NCBI RefSeq assembly: GCF_006345805.1
Contig: NC_043000.1
Coordinates: 144,646,001 to 144,710,000 of the forward strand
DNA from: Octopus sinensis
Taxonomy: Eukaryota
Reading direction: 5' to 3'
DNA: 64,000 nt
Position numbers and translations under genes: made by a program. Shown one piece after another: positions 13,888 to 33,289 of the stretch. Position 1 is the first letter of the stretch. Each line of letters opens with the position of its first letter. A model generated the notes under the pieces. The model was not told the origin of the DNA. It searched no databases and saw only the letters and a program-made list of their open reading frames with translations.

Positions 13888-14035
13888 TCGCTACTTGTTA
13901 CTTTCTCTGTTCCTTTCTGTGGAAGAGCGTGGGCTCGAAAAATTAAACATTTTTGCTCTTCACGAGCAGTGTACTAATACATCTGTTTGTTGTCTACACT
14001 ACCTGGCTTCGTCTTTTGTTTTTTGTGTGAATTCT
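13888..14035 (+). mobile_element. Short PLE-type element with degenerate hammerhead (13914-13947)
   Basis: UUU-CUGUGGA-A-GAGC(GUGG)GCUC-GAAAAAUU/AAA. Stem II is intact; A6 and stem III are mutated. Confidence 0.5.
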
Positions 14036-14049
14036 CCCTATATATCATA

Positions 14050-14154
<105 letters not shown>

Positions 14155-14162
14155 ACACACAT

Positions 14163-14194
<32 letters not shown>

Positions 14195-14219
14195 AATTGA
14201 TTTGTCTACCTTTCAACTT

Positions 14220-14420
14220 CCGTTCTTTCAACATGTGACCTCGTGAGCACCGCCAGCAATTTTTTTTTCCTCTGTCTTCTCTTCTCGGGATCTTTCCTTC
14301 TCCTTTGTTTCCGACGAAGAGCTCCGCTCGAAACGTTAAACCCTCCTTCCCTTCTTTCCTGAGCGTCCAATAATACTTTATTTGTTCCACGTCCTCGGGT
14401 TGCTGTGTTTTTTTGCTGTA
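14220..14420 (+). mobile_element. Short PLE-type element (family A) with hammerhead at 14307-14341
   Basis: GUUU-CCGACGA-A-GAGC(UCC)GCUC-GAAACGUU/AAAC with a U4>C core change. Flanked by TA-rich repeats. Confidence 0.7.
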
Positions 14421-14479
<59 letters not shown>

Positions 14480-15109
14480 GTGTGTGTGCATGTGTGTGAG
14501 AATTTGAAACTCGTGCATTCAGTGAAAATTTAACATCACATTTAATAACATTAATAGTTTTGAAAGATCTACAACTGTAATGAATATTTAATATACTTCA
14601 GTTTTTTTTCTCTGTTTTGGGGAAATTTTTGGTTTTTTGCATACAACATATGCATTCGTGCTAAATTTAACAAAGAGGTGCCCAGTGGAAAATGTGTATC
14701 CTATTTTTCGGGAAATAATGATTCTATCAGGAAATATAATTTCCTAACATGCCATCCGGAAAACGATGGGCGTCATGCAAGAATGAAATATCTTCACACA
14801 ATCAAACCTAAAAATAACATAACGTCTAGAATATTCCAAATTATATTTATTATTGTTTTTCAGCATTTAGAATATATTAATTTTATATGGTGAAGAACTT
14901 TAGCTTGGACGAATGTTCTAAATCATAAAAACACGATATCATACATGAAGTATAGCAGCAAATGTTTCATAAGCTCGAATGCAACTAAGTGCCCTCGCAA
15001 ATTAGTCAAATATATAAAGCTACATATTTATCTAATTCAATAATCTTCATACACATACGGTGTCTGTATATGTATATGCTTCTATATGCATACATGTGTA
15101 ATATATGTT

Positions 15110-15401
15110 TGTTCCTTCTCAAGCCACGCCTAGCTCATAGGGCCGGTTTCCCGGTTTCCTTGGTGTATAGGTTCCCCACCTGGACGGGACGTCGGTCCGT
15201 CGCAGGTGAGCTGCAAGAGGAAAGTGTGAAAGAAAGTTGTGGTGAAAGAGTCAGCAGAAGTTTACCATTACCTTCTGTCGGAGCCGCGTTAAGCTTAGGT
15301 GTTTCGCTCATAAACACACACATCGCCCGGTCAGAGATTCGAACTCGCGATCTTTCGACCGCGAGTCCGCTACTGTAACCATTAGGCCATGTGCCTCCAC
15401 A
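15110..15401 (-). mobile_element. tRNA-derived SINE, second family, full length
   Basis: Minus-strand head GTGGAGGCACATGGCCTAATGGTTACAGTAGCGGACTCGCGG...GAGTTCGAATCTC has A and B boxes. The body contains a TCCCGTCCAGGTGGGG-like motif. Confidence 0.75.
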
Positions 15402-15834
15402 TGTGTAATATATACATGTATTTTGTATCTAAAGCGCGTGTATACACATATGCCTACAATCAGCCATGAGTAATCAATCTTTGATGGGGAGCTAAAGGGT
15501 TAATAAATCAAATGCGTAACATCTTGAGCAATTATCATTTTCTATAGATTCGAGTCGACTGAAAAATTTGCGTAAAACCGAGAAAATTCGAAATTGGTGG
15601 AAGCCCGTCTAATTGATTGCACCTGTAAATACAAATATATAAGCTTGTCATACAACCATCTATGCAAACAAGCATATATGTATGTATGTATGCATGCATG
15701 TATGTATGCATGTATGTATGTGTGCATGTATATATGTATGTATATATGTATGTATGTATATATGTATGTATGTGTGTGTGTGTATGTATGTAAGTATGTA
15801 TGTATGTATGCATGCATGTACGTATGTATTGGTT

Positions 15835-16040
15835 TTAAATTTTGACACAAGGCCAGCAACTCCGAGAGCAGTGATCGTTGACGAGATCAACCTCAGTGTT
15901 CAACTGGTACTTATTTTATCGACTCCGAAATGTGGAATAGCAAAATCGATCTCGGGAGAATTTGAACTCATTAAGTTATAATGGACGAACTGCCGCTAAA
16001 CATGTTCCCGGCGTGCTAACGGTTCTCCCAACCCGCCGCC
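15835..16040 (-). mobile_element. tRNA-derived SINE, diverged copy
   Basis: Same head (GGCGGCGGGTTGGGAGAACCGTTAGCACGCCGGG) and body as the 51312/58732 family. Confidence 0.7.
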
Positions 16041-17204
16041 ATAAAACAGATATGTATTAATGTGGGATGGGAACGATTACACAGTCAATTTTAGTATTGT
16101 ATGTTATTTATTAACATCAACAAGGAAGTTTTGAGAGCCACCTCCAAGTTTCGGTTTGCTGGATGTCTTTAGAGTTTGAATTACAATATCCTTAAAGTTG
16201 GTCTTTTGTAGTAACAATTTCGGGATCCCGAACACTGTGATTAACAACTGTGCAGGTTACAGAGGGAGGGGAGTTGTAGAGGTGATGGAAGCGGGGAAAA
16301 TAATGGAAAGAAGGAAAGTATGTGTATGTCGCTTGTGTTCTAATAGGAAAGAGTGACGAAGAAATTTATTTTGTTTTGAAATGAGGATTGTAGTTATTGG
16401 TTAACATTCAGTGAAGCATAGAGGAAAAAGGTGTAAATGAATATATCATATTCAGATCGCAACATACTTTGTATATACTGTCCATTTCTGAGGTATTTTT
16501 TGATTCACTAAAGAACGATTTTAGATAATACTCTTTATCACACAGCATATATCAGTGAGATTGAAAATCTTTTTGTTATTAGTTTTCTATTAAGAAATTT
16601 TAAACAGTGTGTATATGCGAACGTTTCATCTCTGGGGACTAGGGATATTTATTAGTCATTTGCTTATCTATTTCAAGCGTAGGCAATTATATTTACATTA
16701 TATGAATTTCGACCAATGCATGTCACTGCATTTATATCAAGATGATTAATAGCGATGAACAATAACCCCATAAGCACATCTGCTGATAAATATATTATAT
16801 ATTTACACAGGTTTAAAATCTGTGTAAATATATAGTATATTCACGCACATCTGCACTAATATGTTCATATGTCTATACCCATCAGTACGTACATATACAT
16901 GCATATATATACATACACACACAATTGTACATAATGTCATATACACCAATAAAACTATTAGCACATGAAACAATTTATATATATATATATATTATATATA
17001 TATATGTGTGTGTGTGTGTATGTGTGTGCGTATAATATCTGGCGATTCTACAAGGGTAGATACAAGCGCTAAGATATGATCTATAAAAATATGTGACATA
17101 TTAATAAAAATCTATAACTGTAAAACCATCCAGATTTCTGAGTACCTTATTTCTTCTAATATATAATACCTGTACATGACCTCGAAACCTCCCAAAATAT
17201 ATAT

Positions 17205-17307
<103 letters not shown>

Positions 17308-17537
17308 CATTCAAGCTATCCCTAGAAGTTTCCTACAGGAAATTGTAGAGATAACTTTAAGAATTTACATTATATCACTACTAATAGCTTCAGAACGAAA
17401 TACTTTGGCCCTTTCAGCAAATATATATATATATATATATATAATTGAATAACGGTAGAAATTGATATTAATCAATTAAAACCAGTGGTCTAGCATATTA
17501 AAAATATCCGAAGATTAAAATATTTTTATCCTGTATA

Positions 17538-17662
<125 letters not shown>

Positions 17663-17883
17663 ATGCATGTTTGCATGTATGTATATATGTGCATATTTAT
17701 ATGAATGCATATATGGATATATGTGTTTATATATGCATATATATATATGTGTGTATATGTATATATATGTACATGGATGTGTGTGTGGGCACGCATGCGA
17801 GTACATGTGTAGGTATATGTATATATATACATATGCACTTTTTATATTTGTGTATGTGTGTATATATGTTTATGCATGTATGC

Positions 17884-17936
<53 letters not shown>

Positions 17937-18367
17937 TGGATGCATACACATTCCTCACTTTACAACGGTAGTATATGCATTTAAGTTTGCAATTTTCTGC
18001 GCACATGAGAGAGAGAGAGTATGTAGTTGTGGATGTATACGAATTGAAAAATATGCATACACCCACACACATATACACATTCACACATGCACATACGCAA
18101 ATGTGTATTTGTCGGAAACCTGTCATTAAAATTATTTATTTATATGTATAAATGAATAAAGGATTATTATACATTTTTCCAATGTCAACCTTATAACATT
18201 TTCTCATGACCTACCACATTAAGTATTTTAACTGGAATTAATACTACGTGCTCCCAGAACAAATAGTGAAACTGAATTGATACCTACCTGGACTTGTCTC
18301 CTTACTTTTTTGTATATACATATATATATATGCGTATGTATGTATATATCTACCTATCTCTCTCTCT

Positions 18368-18415
<48 letters not shown>

Positions 18416-18435
18416 ATATATATATATATATATAT

Positions 18436-19714
18436 GAGAGCTTTGGGAGAGGGCTCCAACACCGATGTCATCTACCTTGATTTCAGTAAGGCCTTCGACA
18501 GGGTCGATCACAAGATCCTATTGAAAAAACTATCCAACATTGGTGTCTCTGGAAAGTTACTGAAATGGATTAAGTGTTTCCTGACAGACAGATCTCAACA
18601 TGTTGTAGTTGAAGGGGTAAAATCAAGCCCAGCCAAAGTCAGTAGTGGCGTTCCGCAAGGCACTGTGCTGGGCCCACTTCTTTTCATCATTTACATTAAT
18701 GACATTAATGACATCATCAAGCACAGCAACATAAAAATCTTTGCAGATGACTCCAAGCTACAGAAGGTCATAAATGAGGCGAGTGACCGGACATGCCTTC
18801 AGTCAGATCTACTGGCTGTTATCCAATGGGCAGAAAAAACAATATGCTGCTGAACGAGGATAAATTTGAGCTAATCCACTTTGGAAAAGAGGATGCCCTG
18901 AAACTCCCATACTCCTTCCTTCAGGTGAAACTCTCACGGCGTCCAACAACATCAGAGACTTGGGAGTAATTGTGGACAACAACGTAAGCTGGGCCACTCA
19001 TATAAACACCAAAGTTGACATGGCCCGCAGAATGTGTTCCTGGATTCTCAGAACTTTCCAGTCGAGAGATATCCACACCATTATCCTTCTCTTCTCCACC
19101 TTTGCCCGACCCCACCTTGAATACTGTTGTCCACTGTGGTCTCCCCACACAATACAAGGTATCATAAAAGTCGAAGCACCTCAAAGGGCAATCACAAAAA
19201 AGATAGATGGCATGACAGGCCTCGACTATTGGGGTCGACTAGAAAAGCTAAAACTCTATTCTCTCCAACGTCGTCGTGAGCGCTACATCATCTGCATGAT
19301 GTGGAAAATATTCCATCAGCATTGCCCAAATGATGTTGGCATCACCTTTAAGGTACATCCAAGGCTTGGGCCCCGTGCCATCCGCCCAAAACAAAAATCG
19401 CACTCTCATCTCATAACAACAATACGGCACAATTATTTCACCTCAATTGGCCCCGCTCTCTTTAACATTACACCAAAACGCATTAAAACAGAAACTGACC
19501 CTATAGGGTTCAAGAAGTCTTTGGACAGATTCCTTCAAGAAATCCCGGATAAACCCCCTACACCCGGATATGTCTCTGTAAACAATAACTCTCTACTTGA
19601 GTGGGCCATAGTGCCCAAATTCTGACTTGAAAGACTTCACCAGGTGGTGCTATTAAGTTAGACATGGCCTGGGCCAATAATGGCCGAAACCTATCAAAGT
19701 ATCAAAGTATCAAA

Positions 19715-19718
<4 letters not shown>
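18436..19718 (+). mobile_element. 5'-truncated CR1/L2-group LINE (RT and 3' end), two frameshifts
   Basis: Motifs [54 protein letters not shown]. 1-nt deletions near 18838 and 18915. 3' tail is (TATCAAAG)x3 at 19692-19715, with (TA)n on both sides. Confidence 0.9.
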
Positions 19719-19757
<39 letters not shown>

Positions 19758-19828
19758 TATATATATATAATATATATATATGTATATATCTTTATGTATA
19801 TATATGTATATACATATATATATATGTA

Positions 19829-19871
<43 letters not shown>

Positions 19872-20383
19872 TATTTGTATGTATATATGTATATATATAT
19901 ATTTATATACATATATATATTGTCTAGGCTATGCACATTAATACCGCCAAAAGTTGCGCTAGGATTCTGTTTCCGCAGGTAATATTTTGAGTTGTTACCG
20001 ATGCCTTTGTGATTAGTGGGTTCATTGACATCACTCATCCCTCGCCTAGTTCCTCTCGCTATTCCACTCGTTGTATTTCTGTTATATTATAGTTCTTCTT
20101 AGTGCTGCTAATTCCGATCCTGTTAGTGTCGTGAGTTAGAGCTCTTTGGGTTTTGTTACTTACTTTAGGTGTATTTCTATGTTGTGTATTATTTCAGGTA
20201 AAGTTGTCAGTATTATTTCTGTTCGTTGCATCCACGTGTGGGATATATTTAATTCTACATGTTTAATTCTAATGATCTTTATGACTATTAAATAAATCCT
20301 CACTAGTTTCAATCACAGCTTAATCGTGGCTTGTTGATCAAAAGTGTTCTCCATTTTATACTTACAACCCCATATATATATAT

Positions 20384-20459
<76 letters not shown>

Positions 20460-22588
20460 TTAGATATATAGTTATACATACACACTTTGTATACATATGT
20501 ACCTTCTTAGTGACACAAAAATTATGCATTTACATGTGAATTTTTTTCCACCAGCAAATAACTTTAAAATAAATAGCCACACACAAAAAAACTCATATCA
20601 AACTTTAATATATATATTTCGTGTAACATATTTCGTCATTCGCCAATTTTCAAAAAATACCGAGTTTAGAATATCTTGACAGAAATCTAATAACAACAAC
20701 ACTAAATTAAATTGCAGTCCAACATATCCCCTATGATGAACTCTATGATTTACAAGCCTTCTTGTCTGAACCTAACCAAAGGTACTGATGGTACGTACAA
20801 AGAATCCTTTGAACTGAATATAACACATCCTTTTAAAACGTTATATCGAAGTCCAGCCGAAACGTTTATGATAACAAAACTATTCTTCAAAATGAAAATT
20901 AATTTCTTCAAGAAAATTTCCATTAATTTTTAGCACAAAACTTTCTTCTATGATTTCAATAAATACACCATTATAAAAACTCTACGGGTTTCTATTTTTT
21001 CCTTTCAAATTTCATATATAACTACTTACCCTCAATACCTACATAACACCTGAAGTATCAGGCGCAAAGTTCCACCTACTACGCTACTTTTATTTATTCA
21101 AATTGAGATTTGAGTTTTCACGAGAATATATATACTTATGTATAGAATTCATACAAGTCGTTTGGCTGAAACCAGCTTAAAAACCTTAATATTTAACGAG
21201 GAGTGTAATGACAATACTTTGACAAATATTTAGAAGAAATTTAATTCAATATTAAATTTGTAAAATTCACAAGTCGAAATATTCTAAAAGTTAACGTTAA
21301 GAAAGCTTCTCCAAAATTTATTCGAGGTCACCTTAATTACACAACTAATATTTAACAATAGGCCACGGTATTGTCGTCAATATGCCATACACCAAACAAT
21401 TTGTTTAGTAACATATACATTGTTTTCATATTTACATATATGTAAATTAACTGCTTAATTATTCTTCCCCTATGCAAATTAGAAACGCTAATAATTGTTA
21501 CTAGAATTTTTGAATAATTAAAGGTATCGCCACCAAAATATCAGCATTCATTTTATGAATTAATCTAGAAATATCAAATAAAAATGTGATAATTTAAATG
21601 CCCATAATTCAAAATATGAACGTTAATTAACATAATCATTATCATGTAATATGTGATAGAACTTCACTATAAATTTAGTGTTTAACTGATGAAGAGTTAA
21701 AATAGATTTTCTGCATAATATATAGAGACTCTCATATATGTATCCCAACTTCTATGATAGGCGTATATTTTTAATGGTACAAAAAGTATTGGATTAAATT
21801 ATATATGAACTACTGAGCTATATTTTATTTCGTCTTCTAACCTTCCGACAGTAAAATGCCGTTGAGGTCTACTTCATCTGTCAGACCTTAGAATATTTTT
21901 TTACATTTATGTTACTGTTGGCAATACATTTGCTTTTGTGCCTCCCGCTGTCTCAAATTAAGTATCGACTTATATTTGCTTCAAAATAAATATTTTGATA
22001 GCGAAAAATAACCTCGCCTGCTTCGCAAATTATCTACATGAATCATAATTATAATTTATTTTAATAATTTTTAACTGTTAATTTATAATTTACGATCTGT
22101 TCATATGGGAGGGCCTGTTGATAATTCTATGAGGCCGTGGAGGTTGATAAGCACTCTTTTCTCACTCCTTGATTTTTGATTAAGCTAAGTTGTTTGATAT
22201 TGTCCATTAGAGAGGAGGCTGAGTTGGTATTCGATGGATATGTTAGTGTTGTCATATGAGTGAGAGCGAAAAAACTTTCTCATGAAAGATAATGCCTTTA
22301 GAAGGCTACAGTTTGTAATTAATAATTCTTTTCTCTGATAATGTTAATAACGATATCGATTTTCACATATAGTTGATATATATTGCCTCAGTATGAATTT
22401 GTTTATGCATTCTATATCTCTCATACATATGCGTGATGACAATTTGTTTAGGTTTTCTCTTATACATGATTGCCAATTTTTATATTGTTTGATATTCACA
22501 TTTGTGCAACACGTCACACTTTCTTAATAAATGAGCATCTAGCTTGAGGGAGCTTGGAGTTCAATACGTTTTCTCTTAAAATCTCTAG

Positions 22589-22691
22589 GCAGTGATTTAT
22601 GCTGGTAACCCGATGTGGGATAGGTTTAAAGTGACTTTCGTTATGGAAGGATTTTGCGTCACAGATTTCAAATATTTTGATGAGAACATTG
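22589..22691 (+). CDS. Candidate internal coding exon of an unidentified host gene (AVIYAGNPMWDRFKVTFVMEGFCVTDFKYFDENI)
   Basis: Acceptor ttttctcttaaaatctctAG and donor G/gtaata. Only one of three frames is open, and the peptide is non-repetitive. No family recognised. Confidence 0.3.
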
Positions 22692-24409
22692 GTAATATCA
22701 TAGTTATTGAGTATTATGCAGTCGCAAATATATACACTTTCCTTGATTTTGATCTTCCACATCTCTCAATCGTTTAAAATGTTTACCGTTTAGTGTATTT
22801 TGATTCACCAACGTTTTGTGTAATTATGTTTCTTACAATGTTATATTACATTTAGCATTTCAGCGAGACATCCTTCAAGTCAAATTTATAAATATCGCTA
22901 ATATTATTATTATTTCATATAGTTAAGACAATAAATATTTTGATAAATGCGGCTCTGGTATACTGCGATTTCATTTTAAATTTAATCTAGTGAGAATAAT
23001 TATTTTGCCTTTTAAATGTAAATATATCAAATAATTTACTGGTAGATTTAACCTCTTACTTCTCGCATTTTATGTAAAAAGAAAATTAGCTTCCCAAATC
23101 CATATTCTCGACATAATCCTTATCATAATTCATATGTCTAATATTTCATTTGTTACCGTAGTTTCAGAATTTGCTATATTCTTTTCACGAGTACATAGGA
23201 ACCTCTCTTAAAATTTTCATAATTTCTGTACTACATTACACTCTACGGAATCGATTTATTTTTTATGATACCATTATTATTAATCATCGTATAACTTTAT
23301 CAATTATTATGCCGTCGGTAGTTCTACAGTTTCACTTTGTTTGTTTTATTAAAGATATTTCCTCAAAAGATATCCGCTTATAATAGATGCCCTGCATCTA
23401 GTGTCTATATTTTTATTGCATTATATATTTCTGCATAGCTCCGATTGTATTAGGTTTTAAGTTTTACTATAATTTCCATCAAAGTTTTAGAAGCTAAATT
23501 TGTTCTTTTTCAATTTCAAAATTTTTGTGCATTTGTCATCTTCCCCTCTTAGAGTGTAAAGCAATTTTACCGATTTTTTTTTATTATTAATATTCATATT
23601 CAGGATAATCAGACGCAAGTTCATTTTTTGACAGCATAGAATAAATACTCTGTTTAACTTTTTAAATATTTGAAAATTTGAAACGTTATTTTCATATCAA
23701 GTTTTTGTGGATCTAAGGGGGCAAAAATTGATGTTATACCTATGGGCTTCTCTGTTCGAATGCTTTCAGATTAACAATGGATTCCGACAGGTGTTTAAAT
23801 TGAATCTGGCCATGGCAAATATGTATTCGTTATTCTTAAAGAAATATAATTTAACTAGTCAGCTGCTCGTTGCTTTAAATTTTACATACCATTACCTCAT
23901 TTGAGCGTTCAACAAACTCCTAGCTTTTCGTGTCACGTCTTGCGTTATATGGAAATGCTACTTAGTACAATATTTTTCGCATTGCGTCTTACGCTCATAC
24001 AAATGGTTTCGCTTTAAAATAATTATTAATTAAGTACTTTGCTTTACTAGTGTTTGAATTATTTTCTACCATTTTTACATCAACATTCGCACAGTCAATT
24101 TAGAGTAGTGGAGCGGCAATCATTTATAATATGCACCCTCATGAACCGAAGTGTCAACGTTTCTTGAAACAGACAATTATAATTAATTCGTCCATAGAAG
24201 AAAATAAATGTTCCGTGGAGCATTATGCTTCAGTATTGCATATAAAGGAACAATTTAAAATGCATTATGTATTTTTTAATGCATGAAATTAGTGAAACCA
24301 ACACTAAATATTGAAGATATATGAATCTCAAGCAAGTTCTAATCTTTCATTTCAACAGTGAGGTAATGTTACAATACTCATTTTGCAATTAATACATCAC
24401 CATAAATGC

Positions 24410-24570
24410 TGGGGTCGGATGGCCTAGCGTTTAAGGTGTTGCACTGACGATTGCGATATAGTTGTTTCAATTCCTTGACCGGGTAGTGCATTCGATTTCC
24501 AGCAAAACACTTCATCTCACTTTGCTCTCCGGTCACTTCAGCAACTGACGGGTGGTACATCGTGCACACA
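24410..24570 (+). mobile_element. Degenerate tRNA-derived SINE (third family)
   Basis: A-box-like TGGCCTAGCGTTTAAGG and B-box-like GTTTCAATTCC, followed by AGCAAAACACTTCATCTCACTTTGCTC. Confidence 0.5.
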
Positions 24571-24814
24571 GTCAATCAATATCGATCAATTGGAGGGATT
24601 GAGCAAATGTACAGCAGAAGTATTTGAAAACTATAAGTAACTCATATGCAAAGAAAGCTTACCATCACATCAGAATTGATTTAAATGAGAATACTTAACG
24701 TTATTTCAAATTTCTTCTGAAAATGCATTCGAAATCCAGTATAACATATATAATTAACTTCAACAATTTCTGGTAAAAGCATAGAAAACAAATACAGAAT
24801 GGACGTCGTAAAAG

Positions 24815-24854
<40 letters not shown>

Positions 24855-26796
24855 GCAAATACAGATTTCAAATTCCCGAATATAGTAAGGTGAAATTTAA
24901 GAAGATAATATCCATTATTTAGAATCTGACAGTAATAAACCTTCCCTCAGAATAATTAACGCCTTTAGATCATTTGAATAAATTCGTTGTACACCAAGTG
25001 CAGTGGAATATTTTAATTAATTACCTCAATCGGCCACTTGTCATTACATTGCACTTATTTTTCCCATATAATGGTTGAAGCGTGTAACAGAAACATTTAT
25101 GTTACCGTAGACCATTTACTGGAGTTTCAGAAATTAATTTGTCAAGAATTATGATGGAATAAGAAATATATTGCCGTACAATAAATATGCAAAAGGATAA
25201 TTGTTATTGAAATGTTCTCGTCCACTCTCAGTTCAAAGAATTAAAACGATCTTAAAATGAAATTAGATTATTGCATAGACAAATGTATGTGATTCTACGA
25301 AATTTTAACGGGGAAAAGGAAAGAGATGGTCATCATAATTAAGTTTCAAACCGGAAAATGCTAACGATATATTCAGATGTAACTTCATATTTATATCAAA
25401 ATATTTTATTCAGTTGTACAATTAATGCGAAATTAATTTATAATTTGCGAAGGTTACTTCCGCAAGAGGGGAAACTGGGACGACTATTTACTTTTAGCGT
25501 TAGGATAGTTAATAATTTCGACATAACGCTATCTAATGTGTGAGGAATTAGGACTTCATGCATATTCAACACACTCACTAGCAAGCGAATGAAAGATATG
25601 TGTATATCTATCAATGAGCCTATATATATACCAAATACTTTCAATATATAGAGTTCATGTTTGTGTGTGTGCGGGTGTGTGTATGTGCACACACATATAT
25701 ACACATATATATATAAAATATATACGGATATAAAAGTGTGTCTATCAGTGTGTATTGTGTGTATGTTTGTATTTATGTATGTTTGCATGTATTGTATTTT
25801 ATATGAATCATTGTAGAATAGATTATGATAATGCATTAATATTTCGGTAAGCGACTATAATGAAAGGATGTGAACCACTGTAGGAGCGAAAAATATTGAA
25901 GTAAAGGTGAAAATACAAGCATTGTTCTGTCTCGCTAAGTTTTTGCACCTAATTACATTCCTTGTTGCTATTGCATTCGTTGTTGTGGTTTATGTATCGT
26001 TGTACATATACGCACACACACACATATATATACACATATATGTGTATATTATATTTATGATGTGGTAGCATTTTATACTTTCGTTGCAAAAATGTACTCT
26101 AGAATGGATTTCGAAACAGCTGCTGACGCAACTACAAATAAGTTTGGGTAGCATTCACAGTGATTTGGTGCAATTAGATTTCATTCTAATGTGGCTGAAA
26201 GGCTGGAATTATTTTCCTGAATGTTAAAATGTTTTAACAGTGTTCTCTATAATCGCTAAGTCATAAATCCCTCGAAATCAATTACCTATCTTTCTGCATG
26301 ATCTATCTCTCTTCACGAATTCATATACACGCACACATACATTCATACGTTCATATATACATCTATATATCCATACATGAGTACCGACACACACACACAC
26401 TAACACACAAACACACATCCGAATCAGATGTAAACATAATTTGATAATTGAAAATATATTACTTCCTGAATATTAAATAAAATCAATTCTTCGATTATTA
26501 TACATGCCAACTGATCCACTCTGTGTACACATATACACACATTCACACGCACGCACACACGCACACACACGCACGCAAACACACAAGCACACACATACAC
26601 AATACATAAATGTATATATATGTATATATATATACACGTATGTATATATATATATATATACATTTACATCTATATCTATATCTATATCTATCTATCTATC
26701 TATCTATCTTTCTATCTATCTATCTATATATCTATCTATCTATCTATCTAATCTATCTATCTATCTATCTATCTATCTATGTATATATATAATATG

Positions 26797-26861
<65 letters not shown>

Positions 26862-27444
26862 TATATATATATATATTATATATATATATATAAAGTTCAT
26901 AATATCAATGAAATAATGAATCTCTTCGCCTTAGACAATCCTTCGAAACTAAATATATTGCTCAATATGAAATAGAAATTGCATTTGCAAGGTAGGAAAA
27001 ATTATGTATTCTATCATATTATACAATAAATATCACTTTATACATTTTATACAAAATCAAGATGTGCGGTATATTGCTGTATTACAACCGTATTGTTATA
27101 TATTGATGTGAAAGGTGCTTCATTAAAGTTTTAAGTAATCGCTTGACTCTTATCAGAGAAATAATTCTGAGATGCTGCTATTTATATGATTTAATATTGG
27201 ATTTAGCCTTCAAACATAAATCTTACATTGTAAGAGGATAAAATATATGATATATATTTTTTTAATATTTGAAAATCAAAATACAGCAAATAATTATTGA
27301 AGCTTCTGAGTATACGACTACATCGGAGCAAGCATTAAAGATGAAGTGTAATTCCATACATACACACAAGCGCACACACACACATACACACACATATATA
27401 AACACATATACATGTACATACGTAGGTATATGTATACGTATATA

Positions 27445-27522
<78 letters not shown>

Positions 27523-27888
27523 GATGTGTGTGTTTGAGTGCGTGTGTACGTTTGATTCTTAGTAGTTGTACAAAAGCAAAAAAAAAATTCTTCCATCTTG
27601 TTCTGTTAAAATATTTGAGGGAAATATATTGAAAATATATTGACGTGTCCTACTTCTTAAAATTCCATTTATATTTGTGCAGCTGAAGTTGGTATTGAAT
27701 TTAATTTGATCTAATGATTGCATTGTTCTATTAAATGGTGCCGCTTGAAATAGTCGTACTGTATCACTACTTAATAGCCTGTTGCTTATTTTGATTTTAT
27801 TTACCTCACTTCAGGCTGTGCGGATAATACCGGACTAACTTCGTGCTTCAACTTAAGTACCTAATTCCACTGAACCTTTATATCTATT

Positions 27889-28094
<206 letters not shown>

Positions 28095-28402
28095 AAGAAA
28101 ACAGATAGAACATGCTTTCTATGTTATGTCCCAAGAAGAATTTATATATTTTTATATATTTTTTATATATTTTTATGTATTTTTATATAATTTTTATGAC
28201 GAAAAATGCGAGCGATGTATAAGTACGCAGGCAAGTAGAGTTATAACAGAGTAATTTCCCTTTATTTAACGGTATTTTTTCATAACGTTTTCAAATAGCC
28301 AGATAACCGAAGAGATGGTGTTGTGGATTTCCACTTCGGCATCTGAAACTCAGAGTTTTATCTTGACTACCGAGTAATGTAACATATTGTATATATATAT
28401 AT

Positions 28403-32573
<4,171 letters not shown>

Positions 32574-32732
32574 TCGCCATACTAATATGGCATTCTTAAA
32601 AATAAGAATAAAGCTGTCGCTGATTAGCTCCATGAAGCCATCGCCTCAAGCTAGCTACTTGACACACAAACTGCGTCCGTTAATAAACCTTCGAACAGGG
32701 GAGGTCAGCCGCTTCAACCTGCTAGTCCGACA

Positions 32733-32775
32733 GCTACAGACATGTTTCAGGGTTGTTGCCCCTTCTCAATGCAGC
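32733..32775 (-). ncRNA. Minimal type I hammerhead, U3-A8 variant (antisense copy)
   Basis: Exact reverse complement of 33002-33044. Confidence 0.7.
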
Positions 32776-33001
32776 GTATCATGGAGCTAATCAGCCACAG
32801 CTTTGTTCTTATTTTTAAGAATGCCATATTAGTATGGCGATAACTATTAATTTCCAGAAACGCTGTCGTAATCTCTTTTAAAGAGACTTAGTAATTTTAA
32901 TATTTCTATTATTGAAAGCAAGTGGATGTATTCCACCGTAACTAGGTAAATAGAATATTCGAACGGAGACGGTCAGTAGCGACACCTGCAGGTCTGACTA
33001 C

Positions 33002-33044
33002 GCTGCATTGAGAAGGGGCAACAACCCTGAAACATGTCTGTAGC
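33002..33044 (+). ncRNA. Minimal type I hammerhead, U3-A8 variant
   Basis: GCUGCA-UUGAGAA-GGGG(CAACAA)CCCU-GAAAC-AU-GUC/UGUAGC: 6-bp stem I and palindromic stem III (ACAUGU). Predicted cut after 33038. Confidence 0.7.
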
Positions 33045-33289
33045 TGTCGGACTAGCAGGTTGAAGCCGCTGACCTCCCCTGTTCGAAGGTTTATTAACGG
33101 ACGCAGTTTGTGTGTCAAGTAGCTAGCTTGAGGCGATGGCTTCATGGAGCTAATCAGCGACAGCTTTATTCTTATTTTTAAGAATGCCATATTAGTGTGG
33201 CGATAACTATTAATATCCAGAAACGCCGTCGTAATCTCTTTTAAAGAGACTTAGTAATTTTAATATTTCTATTATATATATATATATAT

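Noticed and set aside
15330-15401. tRNA-like sequences here and at other SINE heads
   Set aside because: They are SINE heads continuing into SINE bodies, not intact cloverleaf tRNA genes.
19660-19695. GGCC...GGCCGAAAC resembling a hammerhead 3' half
   Set aside because: There is no CUGANGA upstream; it is better explained as the CR1 3' UTR stem-loop.
20295-20345. Minus-strand UUGAUCA...GAAACUAGUG hammerhead-like string
   Set aside because: The core is doubly mutated, the cleavage triplet is GUG, and there is no stem I.
20718-20790. AG...GT-bounded candidate exon
   Set aside because: Weak polypyrimidine tract, ambiguous frame, and its phase does not join the 22589 candidate.
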